From NCBI GenBank assembly GCA_947305635.1, contig CAMZEG010000001.1, positions 1 through 58,180 on the forward strand: 58,180 bases of DNA, given 5' to 3'. Below the pieces are notes generated by a model that saw only the letters and a program-made list of their open reading frames with translations, was not told the DNA's origin and made no database searches. The DNA comes from an uncultured Clostridia bacterium (GTDB taxonomy: Bacteria; Bacillota; Clostridia; Oscillospirales; Acutalibacteraceae). The position numbers and the translations under genes were made by a program. Below are positions 55,901 to 58,180 of this stretch, in pieces; position 1 is the stretch's first letter, and the number at the start of each line of letters is the position of its first letter.

Positions 55901-56402
55901 GGATGGGATCGCCTTCTGCAAAGTTTGCTTCGATGTATTCGCCCACTTTGCCGTAATCAAACACCTCGTCGTCCCAGCGGAAGACCTTGCCGAAGAGATC
56001 GGCGTTGGCAGCCATGAATTCGATCATGCCGTTGACAAAGCCGGTGTTGCCGGCGTCCGCCCGCTTCACGATGAGATCGGTCGAGCCGAGATTGGCGAAG
56101 TCGCCCTCCAGGTCTGCCAGATGATCCTTGTATTCCACAAGGCTGTCAACTCCGGTGATCTCCGGAATCTCGATGCCCGCCGCTTCGTTCAGACCGGCAT
56201 ACTGTTCAAATTCATCGAAATCGGGCGCGACGGCTGCGATCTTGCGGTCGAGCCAGTCGAGCACGACGCCAAGCACGTCGTCATCGGTGAGCGCGCTGTA
56301 ATCGCCGCCCACCACGGCTGCGCTGTCATATGCCGATGCCATGGGGACCAGACAGGTCAGAACCATGAGGATCGACAACAACACTGCGGATAGTTTTTTC
56401 AT
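52923..56402 (-). CDS. Large secreted protein (1160 aa): unknown helical region, four Cys-rich repeats, and a C-terminal FFQRII...FFRNLF tail
   Basis: An AGGAGG RBS lies 8 nt before ATG 56400-56402. Signal peptide MKKLSAVLLSILMVLTCLVPMASA. The gene has its own promoter and terminator. Confidence 0.8.
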   Translation of the reverse strand: MKKLSAVLLSILMVLTCLVPMASAYDSAAVVGGDYSALTDDDVLGVVLDWLDRKIAAVAPDFDEFEQYAGLNEAAGIEIPEITGVDSLVEYKDHLADLEGDFANLGSTDLIVKRADAGNTGFVNGMIEFMAANADLFGKVFRWDDEVFDYGKVGEYIEANFAEGDPIRDFYDDYLIGNNIQEKFVSEIAREMGYEIPDGEIFDDTLNNGIKAALAPVLKDLLKTEASKTAYDAFNLKTTDVYTLVKDYVRLLQNDYKGQFDDLLEGFLKALQGMVQVITAGVNIDPPALTIGHENNPVYATYHPSSPNAEDYMPTIYANDQAKDMLDQYADEEIGVEVKKNSEMSAEDQALVGGVGEAWGKHFIAKAAMGDTQLLDLDIKLDDVENAVKNELVTRINGKGANFSAGNVSVAFSISDADATFSYKAYQDTDSFAVQAKVESATAKVNITAPIAATADVDLLNPDATVVDWGSAASMINLAKSFGIDADQMVIDTIKTALGNPSMLEDPAFVTIVMNGLDGVIEELEQVKKLVGYIDTEAEYDDTLLDVSANYDAYKGVVGQANHILYGLVDMIASDAGMADLDLVDGDNSNLYSNLQKICNKVSGLFDTMKQYIDRDTFVALAETAGISNVFASAHGFNAGMVYDMDFSSVENALDCGIRIACDLLAEDDEDSIFYDFHMRVEDLDTLDAIIATAVDMILSKLLAKVDIDGWDYTYTAIDAAAVDAGTISAQDAVMDKVVDILYEAADFAVPKINAAINKVIAALNEDFDLQIGDANFKLAVSKGANWEATLGALADRFLDLTDGLILYPVAPAASDSALLKVSKIADAVLPMNSMFSNYTGLVDMNEALFTKAADGDFGDLLAYFEVKEDAIAGGVPVTKALINASDYIVDAFFPDTVQTELYPASETVQQTFTGAESDQGIAARNMVSINNRKADLIPVACRLLKESDILKTLACAHANVAVSPAVEGSCTTPAKSEGKVCEDCGLVIEKAAEGEKDPTNHTGGTEVRGKVDATCAHGGYTGDTWCLGCNTKIADGSATPKSTTHSGGTEVRGAVTANCHAQGYSGDTYCKGCGEKIATGSATPINANNHQGGTEVRGAKEATTEEEGYTGDTYCKGCGAKIATGSVIGKKSENFFQRIIRTIRGFFDRILNFFRNLF
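53005..53420 (-). repeat. Three tandem 135-nt (45-aa) coding repeats: H.GGTEVRG....C....GY(T/S)GDT(Y/W)C.GC..KIA.GSATP
   Basis: ctgccggttgcgatc recurs at 53023 and 53158, and a diverged copy lies near 53293. A fourth degenerate unit (CAHANVAV..SCTT..KVCEDCG) lies upstream. Confidence 0.8.
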
Positions 56403-56492
56403 GAGTGTTACCTCCTTCATAAATCTGCTGGTTTTCGGTACAGTGACCGTTCTGTGGCCGGGAAGCCCGGGACTCCCCATCAGCTCGATTCC

Positions 56493-56521
56493 ATTTTATT
56501 CCGTTTGAAAGCAGCTTGCAA
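56493..56521 (-). promoter_or_regulatory. Candidate promoter of the large surface protein gene
   Basis: Minus strand reads TTGCAA, 17 nt, TAAAAT, about 90 nt upstream of the start. Confidence 0.4.
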
Positions 56522-56614
56522 GCAACAAAAAAAGCGGATTTGTCAATCAACAAACCCGTTTTGTCACAGTTGAAAGAATCTTGCGCAGGGTGTGAAAAAA
56601 CCGTGAACACGCCG

Positions 56615-57757
56615 TTATGACGGAATGTCCAGCGACCGCCGCATGATCGCCTTGGCGTCCGCAACGTTTTTGTGATACTCACTGTAATTGATCTTGCGGA
56701 CATAATACCAAAGAGAAAGCGTGCTCATGACGCCGATATAATACCGCAGCGCGCCCTGCTGCGCTACGCCCAGCGGACCGTAATCCTTTTCGAGCTGTTC
56801 CCGGTACCGTATTTCCAGATGTGCAATGATATAGGAGGTGTATTCCACTATTTTTCCGGTGGAAAGCAGACGACGCACCGTCTTTTGGTTATAAGCGCTG
56901 TAAATCGTTTCACGCATGGCGGAAACCTCCGCTTCCGGCAGCGGATCGGGGCGGCGGCAGGCATAGAGCATCAGTTCGATCACCAGTTCAAAGCAGGTGT
57001 AATAAAACCGTTCGCGGAAATCCTCCATATTCTTGTAATACAGATAAAACTGCGTGCGGCTGATGCCGGCGGTTTCCAGAAGATTGGTCACGGTGATGGC
57101 GTCTTCGTCGCTGCGCGAACTCAGCTTGATATAGGCGCCGAACAGCGCGTAATGAAAATCACTGCTGCCGCCGAGGTTCGTTTCCATATAATGCGAAAGG
57201 TTGTCGGGGATCGAATGGGTAAAATCAAAATGGAACTGCTGGGAAGAAAGCGACGGCGAAATAGCGGCTTCGCCCTGCAGCGCCAGAAACAGGCGCACAA
57301 CGAAAAGATAAGGCGCATAGCGGATGTTGCGGACAACCGCAGGTTCGGCGAACCCCGCAGCTTTTGCAAGGCGCAGCAGTTTTTTTGAAAGCGCACGGCC
57401 GTACATGATCATCATCCGCAGCACCCCGGGCTGATGCAGCGCCGACGCGACGACGTCCTGCATGTCCATCACGCGGTTCCAGACAGACTCCACATAGGCC
57501 TCCAGATCCTGCGGCGTCTGAACCGTCATGCCCTCCGGTACGGACATCAGCTGCTTCATATAGCGTTTATAGCATGAGAGGATCAGATCCGGCATGCCCG
57601 TATAATGGCGGTAAAACGTGGTGCGGTTGATGCCGGCTTCTTTCACGACCTCGCTGGCACGAATCTTGTAATAGGGTTTTGTCTCGCAAAGCTGCACATA
57701 GGCTTTGAAGATTTTTTCTTCGGTTTCCTGCGGCGGGTTCTTTTCGGCCAACTTCAT
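56615..57757 (-). CDS. Transcriptional regulator with two tandem TetR/AcrR-like modules in one chain
   Basis: Two HTH-like segments, IRASEVVKEAGINRTTFYRHY (N-terminal) and ITVTNLLETAGISRTQFYLYY (mid-protein). Length is 380 aa from ATG 57755-57757. An extended -10 (TGATATAAT) lies upstream at about 57786-57794. Confidence 0.7.
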   Translation of the reverse strand: MKLAEKNPPQETEEKIFKAYVQLCETKPYYKIRASEVVKEAGINRTTFYRHYTGMPDLILSCYKRYMKQLMSVPEGMTVQTPQDLEAYVESVWNRVMDMQDVVASALHQPGVLRMMIMYGRALSKKLLRLAKAAGFAEPAVVRNIRYAPYLFVVRLFLALQGEAAISPSLSSQQFHFDFTHSIPDNLSHYMETNLGGSSDFHYALFGAYIKLSSRSDEDAITVTNLLETAGISRTQFYLYYKNMEDFRERFYYTCFELVIELMLYACRRPDPLPEAEVSAMRETIYSAYNQKTVRRLLSTGKIVEYTSYIIAHLEIRYREQLEKDYGPLGVAQQGALRYYIGVMSTLSLWYYVRKINYSEYHKNVADAKAIMRRSLDIPS

Positions 57758-58024
57758 CACCTTCCTGCGCGAATCTATTCGTTTTATTATATCACAAAAC
57801 ACCGGAGAGGGAAAGCGCGCAGATGCAACACTTTCTCGATTTTTGTCAATCCGGATCGTTTCCGCAGGCAGGTATAAGTTCGGCTGCGCGAATATGCAAG
57901 CAGATTGCCTGTTTACGCATTGGAACGGCGAGGCAGTGCATCCTGCCTGTCCCCGTAAATACCTGCAGCAGCTCCTTTAGCAAGAAAACCTGCTATTCTA
58001 AGCACAGCACAGTTTCGATACGTT

Positions 58025-58180
58025 TCACCCCTGCGTCTGCCGGAACTGCGTCGGCGTCAGGCCGTCCAGGACAAGCACGACGTCGGTCGTCCCCTTCTTG
58101 ACCTTGATCGAGCCGTTGGCGCAGGTGCCGGAGACAACGTAGGTGCCCGCGGCATTGATTGTCAGCGCGGTGCCGGTGAT
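58025..58180 (-). CDS. Partial CDS: truncated paralog of the Cthe_2159-family gene (5' part lies outside the window)
   Basis: Encodes ..ITGTALTINAAGTYVVSGTCANGSIKVKKGTTDVVLVLDGLTPTQFRQTQG-stop. Nucleotides 58048-58180 are about 90% identical by eye to 51710-51842. Confidence 0.6.
   Translation of the reverse strand: MTGTALTINAAGTYVVSGTCANGSIKVKKGTTDVVLVLDGLTPTQFRQTQG

Noticed and set aside
53130-56393. 1087-aa ORF on the + strand, opposite the large surface protein gene
   Set aside because: This is a typical high-GC antisense shadow ORF. It is Arg/Gly/Ala/Val/His-rich and low in complexity. It has no RBS, signal or terminator logic, whereas the minus-strand frame has an RBS, a signal peptide, internal protein repeats and a terminator.
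56590-56607. Possible fourth regulator box (minus strand TTCACGG-TTTT-TTCACAC, 11-bp phasing) upstream of the large surface protein gene
   Set aside because: It matches only the TTCA cores. It lies ~70 nt upstream of the better promoter candidate and has no -10 hexamer 8 nt downstream, unlike the three strong sites.
57823-58101. 92-aa + strand ORF whose start (MQHFLDFCQSGSFPQAG) faintly resembles a LysR-type HTH
   Set aside because: The resemblance is limited to ~15 residues and the rest is low-complexity. There is no RBS, and the ORF overlaps the truncated Cthe_2159 paralog on the other strand. At most it is an unrecognisable remnant.

Overview
A GC-rich chromosomal segment (roughly 60% GC by eye). 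AGGAGG-type ribosome binding sites, sigma-A-like promoters, an ECF S component and CotH suggest an anaerobic Clostridia genome (Oscillospiraceae/Ruminococcaceae-like); this placement is a low-confidence guess. About 55 genes are supported, densely packed and often translationally coupled.

Contents from left to right:
- tRNA-Ser(GGA) and azlCD.
- A DUF3842 / ECF-S / DUF362 operon.
- Secreted glycan-degrading enzymes: GH76, a frameshifted GH95, and DUF4838.
- A four-gene operon of PfkB kinase, gnd, HAD phosphatase and a LarA-like protein.
- An ABC exporter, then nucleoside hydrolase with ribokinase.
- A low-GC HExxH gene followed by thpR and a macro-domain fusion.
- GH31, acylphosphatase and several GNATs.
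- A beta-helix protein, a bile-salt-hydrolase-family Ntn hydrolase, and a GH78-like enzyme.
- An MBL hydrolase, a methyltransferase and a CDF transporter.
- Tandem GH43-like paralogs.

The most interesting block is at 44.4-58.2 kb. It holds an OmpR-type two-component system flanked by a VTC-like polyphosphate-polymerase-domain gene, DUF4956 and an extracytoplasmic CotH kinase. Next to these are a Cthe_2159-family beta-helix protein, an orphan tnpV islet, a 1160-aa secreted protein with 45-aa Cys-rich repeats, a double-TetR regulator and a truncated Cthe_2159 paralog. Three near-identical 11-bp-phased direct-repeat boxes sit 8 nt upstream of -10 elements of three promoters in this block. Two of the secreted proteins share an unusual C-terminal FFQRII...FFRNLF tail.

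I found no rRNA, no CRISPR array, and no intact transposase or integrase. All family calls come from reading motifs by eye; no searches were run.
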